A DNA stretch of 64,000 nucleotides, taken from the IMG/VR virus record IMGVR_UViG_3300045988_154892; one strand, written 5' to 3'. Below are positions 27,513 through 36,981 of the stretch, piece by piece (the first letter of the stretch is position 1; every line of letters starts with the position of its first letter). The stretch is from a virus. The position numbers were made by a program, and so were the translations under genes. The notes below the pieces were generated by a model that saw only the letters and a program-made list of their open reading frames with translations, ran no database searches and was not told the DNA's origin.

Positions 27513-28612
27513 TAATTAAGCTTAATTGAATGTTGTGTTGTAAGCCCTTGTCCAAGCTCGAACTCAAATAAACTCGCGCCAGGGTTAGATGTCTTCCTTA
27601 GAGACATCCCATATGGATCGACGCCAATAATAGATCTGACAGTAAGACATTCTGCATCAATTCCAACTTCCACATTCGTTTTATGATGGCAATGAGCGCC
27701 AATCAAATAATCAAAATGTGTTTGATAAGCTCGCGCATATTCATCAATTGCAGTTTTAATGTTCGGGACTTCGCCATGAATACCTAATACTGCATATGTG
27801 CTTAGTACGGAATAATCCATTCCAGTTGGATTTTCAAGAATTACAATATTCTTATTGTATTTAAGCCGTTCTTTAATTAATACAAGCATTGATTTACTCA
27901 TATTTTCATCTACGAATGCATTTTTCGGCGCACCGCAAATTCTAAGCTGATTATGATTTGAATCAATCACCATTTGAAATTTAATTCGTACATATTTACT
28001 AAGTTCATTTAACCAATTTGCAAGGAAATTGGCATACAGAATAGAAGAGTCGATAATACCATATCTAAGCTTCATAAGTTGGGAATTTAAACGCAAGACA
28101 CCCTGCAGTCCATCGCCTAACTCCCAAACATTTAATTCTGTAATATGTTCTTTATTCACAATCTGAACAACTTTATTTAAAAGATTCCACATACGTGTTT
28201 CGAAGATCTCTGGACTATATTCATTGATAATATTTCCAAACAAATCTTTAATCTCAAATTCAATCCCATAATGAGCATCAGCTAAACACAGAAGATATGA
28301 TTTATGATCATGTATAGGCGGAATATATTCCGGAATATCCAATGTTTTTAATTCACGAACTGCATTGCAAATTTTTTCTGTAACCATTTCAGCTCTTGCA
28401 TCTTCGCGTAGCCATTTTGAATATTCTAGTTTTTCTGTTTGGATTTTCTTACGAGTTTTTTCTAACTCTCTTTGCGCGATCCGGATATCCCGCAACTGTT
28501 TATCAGAATCAACAAACATATCACGATTTGCATTCAGCATTCGATCAAATGTCGCTTTATCCTTCCGAAATTTTGATTCTCCATAATGAGTTCCAAGTAA
28601 CTCATTAAGCAC
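27512..28612 (-). CDS. calcineurin-like metallophosphoesterase (SbcD/Mre11-like fold)
   Basis: Motifs LADAHYG, ELGDGLQG, DSNHNQ, GIHGE, GAHCHHK. The track start is GTG, and the frame stays open ~100 nt upstream to 28720 with no ATG, so the N-terminus is uncertain. Confidence 0.65.
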   Translation of the reverse strand: MLNELLGTHYGESKFRKDKATFDRMLNANRDMFVDSDKQLRDIRIAQRELEKTRKKIQTEKLEYSKWLREDARAEMVTEKICNAVRELKTLDIPEYIPPIHDHKSYLLCLADAHYGIEFEIKDLFGNIINEYSPEIFETRMWNLLNKVVQIVNKEHITELNVWELGDGLQGVLRLNSQLMKLRYGIIDSSILYANFLANWLNELSKYVRIKFQMVIDSNHNQLRICGAPKNAFVDENMSKSMLVLIKERLKYNKNIVILENPTGMDYSVLSTYAVLGIHGEVPNIKTAIDEYARAYQTHFDYLIGAHCHHKTNVEVGIDAECLTVRSIIGVDPYGMSLRKTSNPGASLFEFELGQGLTTQHSIKLN

Positions 28613-28731
28613 GTCAGCTACATCGTTCCAGGAACCGATTAAATCTTTATCATTGGTAACTCTATAGATGAGTTGATCATCTGTTTCGCCAGGTAATCTT
28701 TTATAGGAAGTAATAGTAGGTCACTCCCTTC

Positions 28732-28935
28732 TTACTCAACATCAACTGGCTCATCCAGCTCTTCTTCGTCCTTGACCTTAATATTGATTTCTACTGGCAT
28801 GTTTGCGAAGTCACGTAGAAGAGTAGAAAGTTGCTTATCTTCTCCATCAACATTAATTACCATTGTCTGTGGATTTAAAATACCAGTAACTTTCATTGAA
28901 GTTGTCGATGTTTTCTTATAAGTAAATGCTGCCAT
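28732..28935 (-). CDS. hypothetical small acidic protein
   Basis: Start set at MAAFTYKK (ATG 28935-28933) behind an AAGGAGA RBS. 67 aa. Confidence 0.55.
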   Translation of the reverse strand: MAAFTYKKTSTTSMKVTGILNPQTMVINVDGEDKQLSTLLRDFANMPVEINIKVKDEEELDEPVDVE

Positions 28936-28969
28936 ATCGTATAATTCTCCTTTTAATCCTAAAAATTTG

Positions 28970-29000
28970 TATAAAAAATAGAAGAGTAGCAAACTCTTCC
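28970..29000 (-). terminator. intrinsic terminator after ClpP-like gene
   Basis: Minus strand GAAGAGU-uugcu-ACUCUUC followed by UAUUUUUUAU. Confidence 0.65.
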
Positions 29001-29660
29001 TTAAATAATTTCATCTAAACTTGTGATAATTTTATCAGCAACACCATATTTAATAGCTTCTTTCGCAGATAAATACCAGTCATTTTCAAAGTTTTCATTA
29101 AATACATCTTCTGGAATCTTTGTTCTAGATAAAACAAAGTCACCAAGTTCTTCGATTTGTCGTTGATAATTTAAAATTGCTGCAACTACATCATTGTATG
29201 TCCCAGCAAATTGACCAGCTCCCTTATGGATGAGGAATTCTGCCGTTGGAAATGTAAAACGCTCATGACATGCTAAATAAATAAAGCATCCACTTGATGC
29301 AGCAATACCAACATTAATTCCAATAACTTTTGTTTGGCTTAGTTGAATTGTATCAACCAAACAGTTATTTACCTCTAAATCGCCACCAGGACTAAAGAAG
29401 ATTACTTTAATTGGTTTACGTTCTTCTACTGGAATATTATTTTTCTTATCTTCCGAATTCCACTGCATAATCATCTTTGCATATTCCAAAGTCATGGTTG
29501 TAATTTCATCATCAATCCAAATAATTCTATCATCGTAATTTTTATAAAATTGTAATAGCGTAGGATCTGGCAACTGTAAATTTTCTACATTACTTGGGAT
29601 TGCAATGTCTAAATATGTTGCTTCTAATTTTTTCTTGAGTTCCTTTTTCTCCATTGGCAA
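29001..29660 (-). CDS. ClpP-family serine protease
   Basis: FFSPGGDL, GIAASSGCFIY and LIHKG align with ClpP INSPGG / AASMG / IHQP motifs. Confidence 0.8.
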   Translation of the reverse strand: MPMEKKELKKKLEATYLDIAIPSNVENLQLPDPTLLQFYKNYDDRIIWIDDEITTMTLEYAKMIMQWNSEDKKNNIPVEERKPIKVIFFSPGGDLEVNNCLVDTIQLSQTKVIGINVGIAASSGCFIYLACHERFTFPTAEFLIHKGAGQFAGTYNDVVAAILNYQRQIEELGDFVLSRTKIPEDVFNENFENDWYLSAKEAIKYGVADKIITSLDEII

Positions 29661-29696
29661 TATGCCTCGTGCTTTCGTAATATTTCCATAAAAGGA

Positions 29697-30935
29697 TTAA
29701 TCTAATAAATCTGCCATAGCTGCAGTTTCACTTCGTTCTGTTTTCTGAAGCTGTACATAACCAAATTTTGTATGTCCTGCAAGTTTTTGTACAGTGGATA
29801 GTAAACCATTATTCATTCTAAAAAGAGTAGAATCTGTTTGTTTAAAATCTCCGTTCATCCAAAGAGCAGATCCTTCACCAACTCGTCCAATAAGAAGCTG
29901 GACATGTTCTTTTGTTAGATTTTCTGCTTCACTAACGTAGATAATCGCATTTTTAATATCTCGTCCTCGAATATAACCGAGATGTTCAACTTCAATATTT
30001 CCTGCCATAATCTGCATTTCCAGACCATTTTCTCCACCAAGGTGATCTGCTAACGGCATTGCAAATGGCAAAATCTTCTCAAATTTAGTACCAGGTAAGA
30101 AACCAACCTCATTTGCATCTTTTACGCCAATTGCATTTCTGACATAAATTAATTTCTCAAATTTTCCTTCTTCGATTAATTTGATAGCATTTGCAATCAT
30201 GAGATAGTCTTTTCCACTACCAAATCTACCTGAGATAACTTTGATTGTCTCTTCTTTGTCCTGTAGCATATCAAATGCTAAAACCTGTTGTGGGTTTCTT
30301 GGTTTGATTTTGCCCATAAAATGACTATTGATTTGTTTATAAGAAATAGGATGATATTCTTGTCCATTCCATTTTCTGTAATCAACAACCTCACCATCAT
30401 TCTTTCGAATTATCAGATATTCATTCAGAAGTGAATCATATTGATTTTCATTTAAATGTAAATAAAAATAACTCATTTCCTCATCAGAAAGAGTTACATC
30501 TTTGTATCCTGTATATTCATCAATATTTTTAACAAGATTTATTTCATTTACACCTTTAGTTGGTAGTTTAAAAATATTTTTTGAAATAAATTTACAATTG
30601 AGATCGTCTGTACAAACAATGACAGGAGATACATTTCGATTATATAAAACTGCTGATGCAAGAATAATGTTATCAGGTGTTTCCTCTAAGTAATATCCTG
30701 CAAGAATATTTTTTACATCTGTGTTAGTTGCGACAACCTCATATTCTCCATAATGCTCATCCAGCATATGAGCCGTTTGTCTGGCTTTGTATTTAACTTC
30801 ATTATCTTTATGACCTGAAGTCTTAATACTTTCAATCTCTTCAAGCGTCTTCTGTGAGATAATAAAGGGTTCTTTAAAAGCTTCCCTTTGCAAATTCAGA
30901 AGAGCATTGGTATCTAGGAATAATTTAAATTCCAA
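29697..30935 (-). CDS. PIN-domain plus PhoH-like ATPase
   Basis: N-terminal LFLDTNALLN (PIN). SGRFGSGKDY (Walker A), YVSEAENLT (PhoH DEAQN-like), GDFKQTD (PhoH GDxxQxD-like). Confidence 0.8.
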   Translation of the reverse strand: MEFKLFLDTNALLNLQREAFKEPFIISQKTLEEIESIKTSGHKDNEVKYKARQTAHMLDEHYGEYEVVATNTDVKNILAGYYLEETPDNIILASAVLYNRNVSPVIVCTDDLNCKFISKNIFKLPTKGVNEINLVKNIDEYTGYKDVTLSDEEMSYFYLHLNENQYDSLLNEYLIIRKNDGEVVDYRKWNGQEYHPISYKQINSHFMGKIKPRNPQQVLAFDMLQDKEETIKVISGRFGSGKDYLMIANAIKLIEEGKFEKLIYVRNAIGVKDANEVGFLPGTKFEKILPFAMPLADHLGGENGLEMQIMAGNIEVEHLGYIRGRDIKNAIIYVSEAENLTKEHVQLLIGRVGEGSALWMNGDFKQTDSTLFRMNNGLLSTVQKLAGHTKFGYVQLQKTERSETAAMADLLD

Positions 30936-30968
30936 TAATTGATACCACCTTTCTCATTAAATTTCGCA

Positions 30969-31181
30969 TTAGCGATGATATAATTTTTTTCTATAATTTT
31001 CGAGTAGTCTCATATTATGAGGAGTCTCACACAAATAGAATTTTTTACGTTTATGACATGATTCCGAATGGGATACGCCGCCTTCCGCATAAGGAACTCC
31101 ATGCTTTACTAAATATTCTTTCTCTTGTTTAGTAATGAGTACTATATTAATGCACACCTTTCGTTTTAAATTTCTTTGCAT
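30969..31181 (-). CDS. hypothetical small basic protein (start uncertain)
   Basis: Only the part downstream of the tRNA is plausible (MQRNLKRK...ITKQEKEYLVKHGVPYAEGG...). The first 26 codons of the track ORF overlap tRNA-Ile. Confidence 0.4.
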   Translation of the reverse strand: MQRNLKRKVCINIVLITKQEKEYLVKHGVPYAEGGVSHSESCHKRKKFYLCETPHNMRLLENYRKKLYHR

Positions 31182-31200
31182 TTGCCACAAAGATAAATAG

Positions 31201-31274
31201 TTGGGGTGGTAGGACTCGAACCCACGACCGTTCGGATATAAGCCGAATGCTCTCACCAACTGAGCTACACCGCA
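31201..31274 (-). tRNA. tRNA-Ile (anticodon UAU)
   Basis: UGCGGUG acceptor (C3-C70 mismatch), GCUC-AGUUGGUGA-GAGC D-arm, UUCGG-CUUAUAU-CCGAA anticodon arm, GUGGG-UUCGAGU-CCUAC T-arm. Confidence 0.7.
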
Positions 31275-32147
31275 ATAATGCTACATAAGTAGCAAAATAA
31301 GTACGCTGAGATTAAACGTATCTTCGGAAACCTTTACCGACATTATTTTTTCTTCGGTTATCCACTATATGTTGCTTGCGCACACATATAGTATCTTCCA
31401 CAACCGCCTTTTAAGAAGAGGCTTATCTTCTTTGCTGTATGACTACTCAAGTTTCATCATTCCATTAACACTGCCGTGCTACAAATCTCTGCTAAGAGAA
31501 CTGTGCAGAATCCGCTTAACACATCCAGATATTGCGTATCTTTCAGTGTGTGTATTACCTCAAAAGAGATTACACATTTTGGCTGCTTACACCATACAGA
31601 GGTACAGACTTTCGCTTGTATAATTTGTTTACCTTTTGCATTAAACCAATTTTTATATTCTTCCTGAATATACTAATTAATAGAAACGAAATTGAATACA
31701 GAAGACGCGCTGCACCAGATGTTTCGTTATCTTTTGGATAACAAAATCCATCACGCCTTCGTAGCTTTCGGTTATAATCCCTACTCGCATCCTGCATAAG
31801 CTAATTTGGCATCTCTACCAATTCACTTACCCAAATGGACATCGCACTTGTCTAATAAGGACTCGCACTATATATCCTCCTAATTCCCCATCATATCTTC
31901 ATAGGTTCGCGTGAGCTATTCTGTTGCGCAGAAAAATGATTCTCAGCGGTTGCCCCTGAATCACCTTGTTGCTCCCTATTTCCTGACACTATTTCCACAC
32001 AGGATTTACTCGTTTTACCGGTATGAAACAGCACTTTTTGAGTGCCTGGGATGTTAGTTTTGCATAGATTGACCAATTTTCATGGCGACGAGTTGTAAAT
32101 TCGCCTTTAATACGCTCACACGCATCTATCTGTGCTATGCCACGAGT
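31275..32147 (-). ncRNA. large ORF-free structured region, candidate giant ncRNA (GOLLD/ROOL-like context)
   Basis: About 870 nt without a credible ORF, flanked by tRNA(-like) genes. Many minus-strand-specific helices including GNRA-capped 31391-31365 and an 11-bp helix at 31576-31549. Confidence 0.45.
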
Positions 32148-32218
32148 TGCGGGACTACGAGTCGAACGTAGCTTTAGAGAATATGAATCTCTCGTGGAAC
32201 CGATCCAGCATATCCCGC
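32148..32218 (-). tRNA. tRNA-like element with CAU anticodon loop (Met or Ile2 type), non-canonical D-arm
   Basis: GCGGGAU/GUCCCGC acceptor, AGAGA-UUCAUAU-UCUCU anticodon arm, (C)UACG-UUCGACU-CGUA(G) T-arm. 70 nt plus discriminator. D-stem pairs poorly. Confidence 0.45.
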
Positions 32219-32308
32219 GATAATACTGGCAAACTATTATATCTGCCAGTAAAAAAATAAAACATAAAAGAAAGAGGAGATAATTATGAAATTAACATAA
32301 AGAATTAA

Positions 32309-32340
32309 CCTTTTGAAAGGGCGGCAGAGAGTAACCGCCC
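32309..32340 (-). terminator. terminator-like GC hairpin
   Basis: Minus strand GGGCGG-uuacucucug-CCGCCC followed by UUUCAAAAGG. The U-tract is weak. Confidence 0.4.
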
Positions 32341-32456
32341 GTTGAATAGACTACAGGTTTTGTTTCTTCCGGTATAGTCAGAAATAAAAAATGATTATTT
32401 ATTCCCTTCAAAGAAAAATAATTTTTTTTGAAAAAGAGACAAAAATCCCAACAAAA

Positions 32457-33308
32457 TTAAGCATTTTTCATACTGTCAGCTTCGAACATTTTATGGTTTC
32501 TCAATTTCTTCATGCGATCTTTTGCTTTTTCTCGATCAATTTCTTCGGCACACTTACTACAATAAATCCTATTTGGTGCAGTCATTTTAACTCTTTTTCC
32601 ACATGATGGATTTGCACATTGTCTATATCCTTTTTTGAAGTTACCGATATATTGATTCCCTAAATTAGAAAATTCTTTTATCTTATATACCACATTATCA
32701 GATTTAGCTAAATTAACTCTAATATTCAGGTTATCTATTTGTTTGCCAAAATAAATATAACCATTTTTATATAACTCATGAAGCAGTTCGTTTTTTTTAT
32801 CCGACGTAAGAGTAATATTTGCCAATTTAAAAATTTCAGACATTCCTCTAAGATCCTTTTTATTAATCCATCCATCAGAATCCATATAACGAGCTACGGC
32901 ATATAAAGTAAACATCAATTTCTTTTGTCTGTCATTAGGAAGTGAGTTAATAAGATCAATTTCTTCTTGATAAATTGGAACATATTTTAATTCTCTGAGT
33001 TGTTTGTCCTTTTCATTAATTTCTTCCTTTTTCTTTGACTTTTTATCTTTCTCGTTATCATAAAAAATATCACATACTTTCTCAATTTTGCGAATCCATT
33101 TATATTCCTGATAGCCATAAATCATCATATCGGAAATCTTATTTGTAACGATTTCAACTAACTGTTTTTTTTCTATATTTTCATTGTTAATATAATAATA
33201 TTTTGCTGTTAAAACAATCAAATAGCCAATAGATAGATCTTCTGGTTTCTTCTTTGAAGCCAGAACAGATCTAATATAATCCTTCTCATTCAGTATATAC
33301 ATTTTCAT
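32457..33308 (-). CDS. hypothetical protein with C-terminal zinc ribbon
   Basis: Start set at MKMYILNEK, overlapping the end of the RNAP-like gene. C-terminal CANPSCGKRV...CSKCAEE. Confidence 0.6.
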   Translation of the reverse strand: MKMYILNEKDYIRSVLASKKKPEDLSIGYLIVLTAKYYYINNENIEKKQLVEIVTNKISDMMIYGYQEYKWIRKIEKVCDIFYDNEKDKKSKKKEEINEKDKQLRELKYVPIYQEEIDLINSLPNDRQKKLMFTLYAVARYMDSDGWINKKDLRGMSEIFKLANITLTSDKKNELLHELYKNGYIYFGKQIDNLNIRVNLAKSDNVVYKIKEFSNLGNQYIGNFKKGYRQCANPSCGKRVKMTAPNRIYCSKCAEEIDREKAKDRMKKLRNHKMFEADSMKNA

Positions 33309-35799
33309 TCTCCATTTCTTCCAAACGTTTAATAAGCAAGTCACCAATACAGTCCCAACAAAACTGTCGATTCCCCTTATACCCATAGGTAATATCAAGG
33401 ATAATATTCATGCGCTCTTCATCATTTGGACAAAGTTCAATAGCCGCTTGCCTAAATTTTTCGCATAAATATTTTCTGTTATTATTTGATTGTTCTTTGT
33501 CGGAAGACCTGTTTGCTTTATACTCCTTAATACATTCACGATACTCTTGTTCAAGATCATGTAAAGCTTTTCGATGTTCTTCTGTACATCGACGTTTAAC
33601 TTTTAAACAATTGTAATCAAAAGTAGAATCATGATGCAATTGTGATTTATATCCGTCTAATTGACTTTCAACATACCAGCAGATTTTATTCATTGCACAT
33701 GCTCCAATGCCAACCGGCATTTTATACTCATACCAAAATAAAAAATCCTTTTGTTCGTCAGTTAAATTATCCTTTTTACTATATAAATCTTGAATACTAC
33801 AATCATATAATGCAGCGCATTTTATCTCGCTTTCCTTGATATAGTTCTTATACTTACGTTTAATCTCATCATAAATATAGATCATAAAATACGGTTTTCG
33901 ATAAGCACAAATTGATTGCAAATAATGATTATCTTTGCAAGCACCAAGATTATACCAATATTTTGCCATTGGCTTTGCAATAATTCCTTTGATTTTATCC
34001 AATTCATCCTGTTGGTGAAGCTGTCCACATTCAATACGATATAATAAATCATTATATTCATTAGACCCCTCTTCAAATCGTGACAAAACTTCGATCATCG
34101 AAGTAACACGATTTGTAATCTGCCCAACCTGATTTCCCATGCCGTTTTTATTTGTTTTTTTGACTTCTTTTTCATTAATAATAATCTTATTGGCTTTTCT
34201 TTGAACACATTCAATTGCTAATAATTTTCTAAAACAACGAAGTAAGACTTTATTATTGGTTGAATATAAAAGATCGCCATCCCAATCACAACCGTTTTCC
34301 GCCACACAAAAAGAATCCCATGCATTGATAATCATAATAGTATCCATATACTGATACCAATACAAACACTCTTCATTTGAAATTACATTGCATTTTCGAA
34401 TATTATTGTGAGAAGTCATTGGACTTCGAAAGATAACTACAGAATCTACAGATTTGTCAATCCAGAATTTTGAGTAGCATTGATCAGCTTTTAATAAGCC
34501 AGTTATTTCTAGGCCACAAATTGATTGCATTAACGCAAACGGATCACCACTAGCAATTTGATAATTACCATTTACAATTAATTTACCAATTTTTGCATCA
34601 TTTATTTTCTTCTTAATATACCTATGAGTTGAATCGATAATATACGGATCACCAAGCATATATTGGCTTGTATATAATGCGCGTTGCCATGAATTCACGT
34701 CTGTATTTTCATTAATTCCAAGAAATTTAATAGTGGATTCGTAGTCTCCACACATCGCATCTTTTAAATGCTGAATGGTAGGATTGCACAATTCTTTAAT
34801 ATCATCATCAGTGAATTCATAAGACTGTAAATATTGATAATTTAATTCACGTTCTTCATCTAAAATACGAGGAGAAATTTTCGTAACTGCAAATTCATAT
34901 CCACACTCTCTATATGCGGCAATATATTCGTCAATACTTTCATATGCCGACCATAATTTCAATGAAGATTCCGTGAGAATCATTTCGCACTCTCGAATAT
35001 CCTGCACATTACCCCAAATATCCTCGATAAAATAATTCCCACCATTATATTTTTCGATAAACTCTATAATTGGGAAAGGATAGAGCATACCTTTTAACCA
35101 GGCATTTCGCAAACATACACCTGCAGGAGTATAATCTAATCCAAGAGATTCAGCGACTCTTTGCATGTATCCAATAGTGCATAAATTAAACCCATCAGAC
35201 ACTGTATTTTCCATTACTTTATGTTTTTTTTCACGAATTGGCTCACCGTCTCCAACCCCACTATCGAGAGAAATTACATCATCTTCGTATTGAGTAATGC
35301 AATCTTTTACAACTAAAATTCCATGTGGTTCGCAAATTGGCTGCGATGCAGAGCAAGTTAACGCTTTATATGCTTCATATTTTGCTGGAACTAATGGCAC
35401 TTCTTTGTTTCGCCTACACTCACATAATTCATTTAGTTTATCTATGTATTCCGAATTACAAAATAGAAGAGTATTATTCTTCAAACCACCTGTTGTTCCA
35501 ACAAAACGTCTATAATTTATACCATTTACAGTAACACCTTTTCTGTTTGTCGCTCTTGCAAAATCTGTTTTCTGGTCAATAACGACTTGCATAAAAAGTT
35601 TCGAAAAATCACATTTCCATTTTGCTTTCTTCATGATTTTCTTTGCCATAATTCGAAATTGCTGACCTTCAAATAATGAAACAGATTCTTGGTATTTAAA
35701 TGCTTCTTTTTTATCAATATTCAAATTCCATTTAGAATATTTTAATTTATCTGTTCCAATTTTAAAAATCTCATACTGAGGTACATTAATACCTGCCAT
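33286..35799 (-). CDS. YonO-like single-subunit two-barrel RNA polymerase (RdRP-fold)
   Basis: Start set at MAGINVPQ behind a GGAGGA RBS (837 aa). VVIFRSPMTSHNNIR and ENGCDWDGDLLYS match the R-x-P...hpgD and D-x-D-G-D catalytic loop of cellular RdRP/YonO-type polymerases. Confidence 0.65.
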   Translation of the reverse strand: MAGINVPQYEIFKIGTDKLKYSKWNLNIDKKEAFKYQESVSLFEGQQFRIMAKKIMKKAKWKCDFSKLFMQVVIDQKTDFARATNRKGVTVNGINYRRFVGTTGGLKNNTLLFCNSEYIDKLNELCECRRNKEVPLVPAKYEAYKALTCSASQPICEPHGILVVKDCITQYEDDVISLDSGVGDGEPIREKKHKVMENTVSDGFNLCTIGYMQRVAESLGLDYTPAGVCLRNAWLKGMLYPFPIIEFIEKYNGGNYFIEDIWGNVQDIRECEMILTESSLKLWSAYESIDEYIAAYRECGYEFAVTKISPRILDEERELNYQYLQSYEFTDDDIKELCNPTIQHLKDAMCGDYESTIKFLGINENTDVNSWQRALYTSQYMLGDPYIIDSTHRYIKKKINDAKIGKLIVNGNYQIASGDPFALMQSICGLEITGLLKADQCYSKFWIDKSVDSVVIFRSPMTSHNNIRKCNVISNEECLYWYQYMDTIMIINAWDSFCVAENGCDWDGDLLYSTNNKVLLRCFRKLLAIECVQRKANKIIINEKEVKKTNKNGMGNQVGQITNRVTSMIEVLSRFEEGSNEYNDLLYRIECGQLHQQDELDKIKGIIAKPMAKYWYNLGACKDNHYLQSICAYRKPYFMIYIYDEIKRKYKNYIKESEIKCAALYDCSIQDLYSKKDNLTDEQKDFLFWYEYKMPVGIGACAMNKICWYVESQLDGYKSQLHHDSTFDYNCLKVKRRCTEEHRKALHDLEQEYRECIKEYKANRSSDKEQSNNNRKYLCEKFRQAAIELCPNDEERMNIILDITYGYKGNRQFCWDCIGDLLIKRLEEMENENVYTE

Positions 35800-35806
35800 A
35801 TATTTT

Positions 35807-36211
35807 TTATTCCTCCAAAATCTTATATTCTCCATCGCCAACACAGACAATAATTCCATACTGATGTAGCTCTAAATCATTAAACATACCACCAACTTGA
35901 AGATAGTCTTCAGAAATGTTTTTCAATTTCATACAATAAATTTCACCATCATATTTAATCGCACCAAGCATTTCATTCTTTTCATTGATTGCAAAAACAA
36001 CACAATAATTGCAATCTTGAGTATCTACAAATTCATAACAAAAATCATAGATGTCATCATCATCTTCAAGTAAAACATTCATTTTCTCACCACATCCGCA
36101 TTCACAAACTGGCGCACATAACATGTTATATTCAGAATCTAATCCAAAATCCTTAAGTTTAAAATTTTTAAAATTCCATACAAAATCTATAATATTTGTA
36201 TTAATATTCAT
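35807..36211 (-). CDS. hypothetical Cys-rich protein
   Basis: Start set at MNINTNIIDF behind an AGGAGGA RBS. It overlaps the deaminase stop by 4 nt. Confidence 0.55.
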   Translation of the reverse strand: MNINTNIIDFVWNFKNFKLKDFGLDSEYNMLCAPVCECGCGEKMNVLLEDDDDIYDFCYEFVDTQDCNYCVVFAINEKNEMLGAIKYDGEIYCMKLKNISEDYLQVGGMFNDLELHQYGIIVCVGDGEYKILEE

Positions 36212-36648
36212 ACTAAATCCTCCTGTGCTACACATTCATAAGCAAAACCTTCATTTGTAGTATAGTAAATGTGTTTTATGCCTAAATCCTTGATGGCAGC
36301 CATACATGACGGACATGGCCTAGACATACCATAAGGTTTATCATTTCGTTTTCGATATATATATAATTTTACTTTGGAAAAATCTATATCCAGATGTCGG
36401 ATTGAATTGATACAGCTAATTTCTGCATGTATTTTAGGAAGAAGTGTTTCCTGATCAACGTCAGTATTTCTATATTTGTTATAATATTTCTGTACTGGAT
36501 GAGTTTTATTAGTATTACAACCAATACCAACAATATTTCCTTTGTATACTGCCACACAACCGATATGTACGTTTTTATAATCAGAAATATCTGCAGCCTG
36601 TCTCGCTTTAGATAAATATCTACGATCAGTTTTAGTAAACAAACTCAT
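36208..36648 (-). CDS. dCMP / cytidine-deoxycytidylate deaminase
   Basis: HAEISCI (H-A-E) and PCPSCMAAI (P-C-x-x-C) zinc-binding motifs. Confidence 0.9.
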   Translation of the reverse strand: MSLFTKTDRRYLSKARQAADISDYKNVHIGCVAVYKGNIVGIGCNTNKTHPVQKYYNKYRNTDVDQETLLPKIHAEISCINSIRHLDIDFSKVKLYIYRKRNDKPYGMSRPCPSCMAAIKDLGIKHIYYTTNEGFAYECVAQEDLV

Positions 36649-36877
36649 CCACTTCCTTTACTGTGGACTGCTTTGCTTTTAATTTTTGTGTTTGAATAAT
36701 ATTTCGATGACACTGTTCATCAAACTTTCTGTCTGCAATAATCTTTTCTGCGAAGTGCGATCCATGTGATAGGGTGGTAGAATTCGGATATGGAGAAAGT
36801 TCTGTAAACTGAATTACTCCTCCAAATCTTGTATTATCTCTTAAACTTCTTGTGCAAAATCTTGTGTTCTCTTTCAT
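36632..36877 (-). CDS. hypothetical protein
   Basis: 81-aa ORF overlapping the deaminase start. Confidence 0.5.
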   Translation of the reverse strand: MKENTRFCTRSLRDNTRFGGVIQFTELSPYPNSTTLSHGSHFAEKIIADRKFDEQCHRNIIQTQKLKAKQSTVKEVDEFVY

Positions 36878-36981
36878 AATTAGTATCTCCTTTGATTTTC
36901 ATAATTTTTAAATACATTTTTATCACTCCTTAGTTATAGGGATGATTAATAGTTCCTGATTTTATATTCTCTAAACATTCA

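Noticed and set aside
31860-31870. GUGCG motifs on the minus strand that resemble a group II intron 5' end
   Set aside because: No domain V-like hairpin (AGC triad, GNRA loop, 2-nt bulge) was found in the expected 3' region, and no flanking exons exist.
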